Source of the DNA: the human T2T-CHM13v2.0 reference genome, Homo sapiens
Length of the DNA: 64,000 bases
Direction: 5' to 3' (one strand)
Assembly (NCBI RefSeq): GCF_009914755.1
Contig: NC_060934.1
The notes under the pieces were generated by a model. That model was not told where the DNA came from and did no database searches. It was given only the letters and a program-made list of their open reading frames with translations. Shown piece after piece: positions 63,921 to 64,000 of this stretch (position 1 is the first letter of the stretch; the number at the start of each line of letters is the position of its first letter). A program made the position numbers and the translations under genes.

Positions 63921-64000
63921 TCGGCTCGTAGACAGAGGGCCTGGGTCTACCATCCTTTAGCTTTGTGTCCCTGAGAAATATCTACTTATGGATTCAATCA

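Overview
Human (Alu-containing) genomic DNA holding the 3' half of TCF7L2 (TCF-4, the Wnt/beta-catenin effector) on the + strand. In the 17-exon numbering the window runs from the distal part of intron 5 through exons 6-17. These cover the LVPQ and SFLSS alternative splice sites, the HMG box (ex10-11), the basic tail/NLS (ex12), cassette ex13, the twin 73-nt C-clamp exons 14/15, the 25-nt ex16, and ex17 with the A9 MSI target and two CtBP motifs. A ~1.7-kb 3'UTR with tandem poly(A) signals follows, ending near 40.95 kb. The first 3.6 kb is a CpG-island/internal-promoter region with several strong donor sites, four of which place an ATG in frame with exon 6 (dominant-negative TCF7L2 first-exon candidates). 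From ~41 kb on is repeat-rich intergenic DNA (Alu, MIR, L1, L2, MaLR, DNA transposons) with no supportable gene. Top observations: (1) a duplicated upstream acceptor before exon 17 that would give DNSLPCF* / WCGPCR* tails resembling the TCF7 D and C tails as I recall them; (2) a uORF whose stop directly abuts the dnTCF7L2 ATG (TAG-ATG|gtaag); (3) an in-frame cryptic exon or dual AG|GT site between the HMG box and the basic tail; (4) an intronic cluster of TCF sites; (5) miR-183/96/182 sites in the 3'UTR. Repeat boundaries and subfamilies were read by eye and are approximate.
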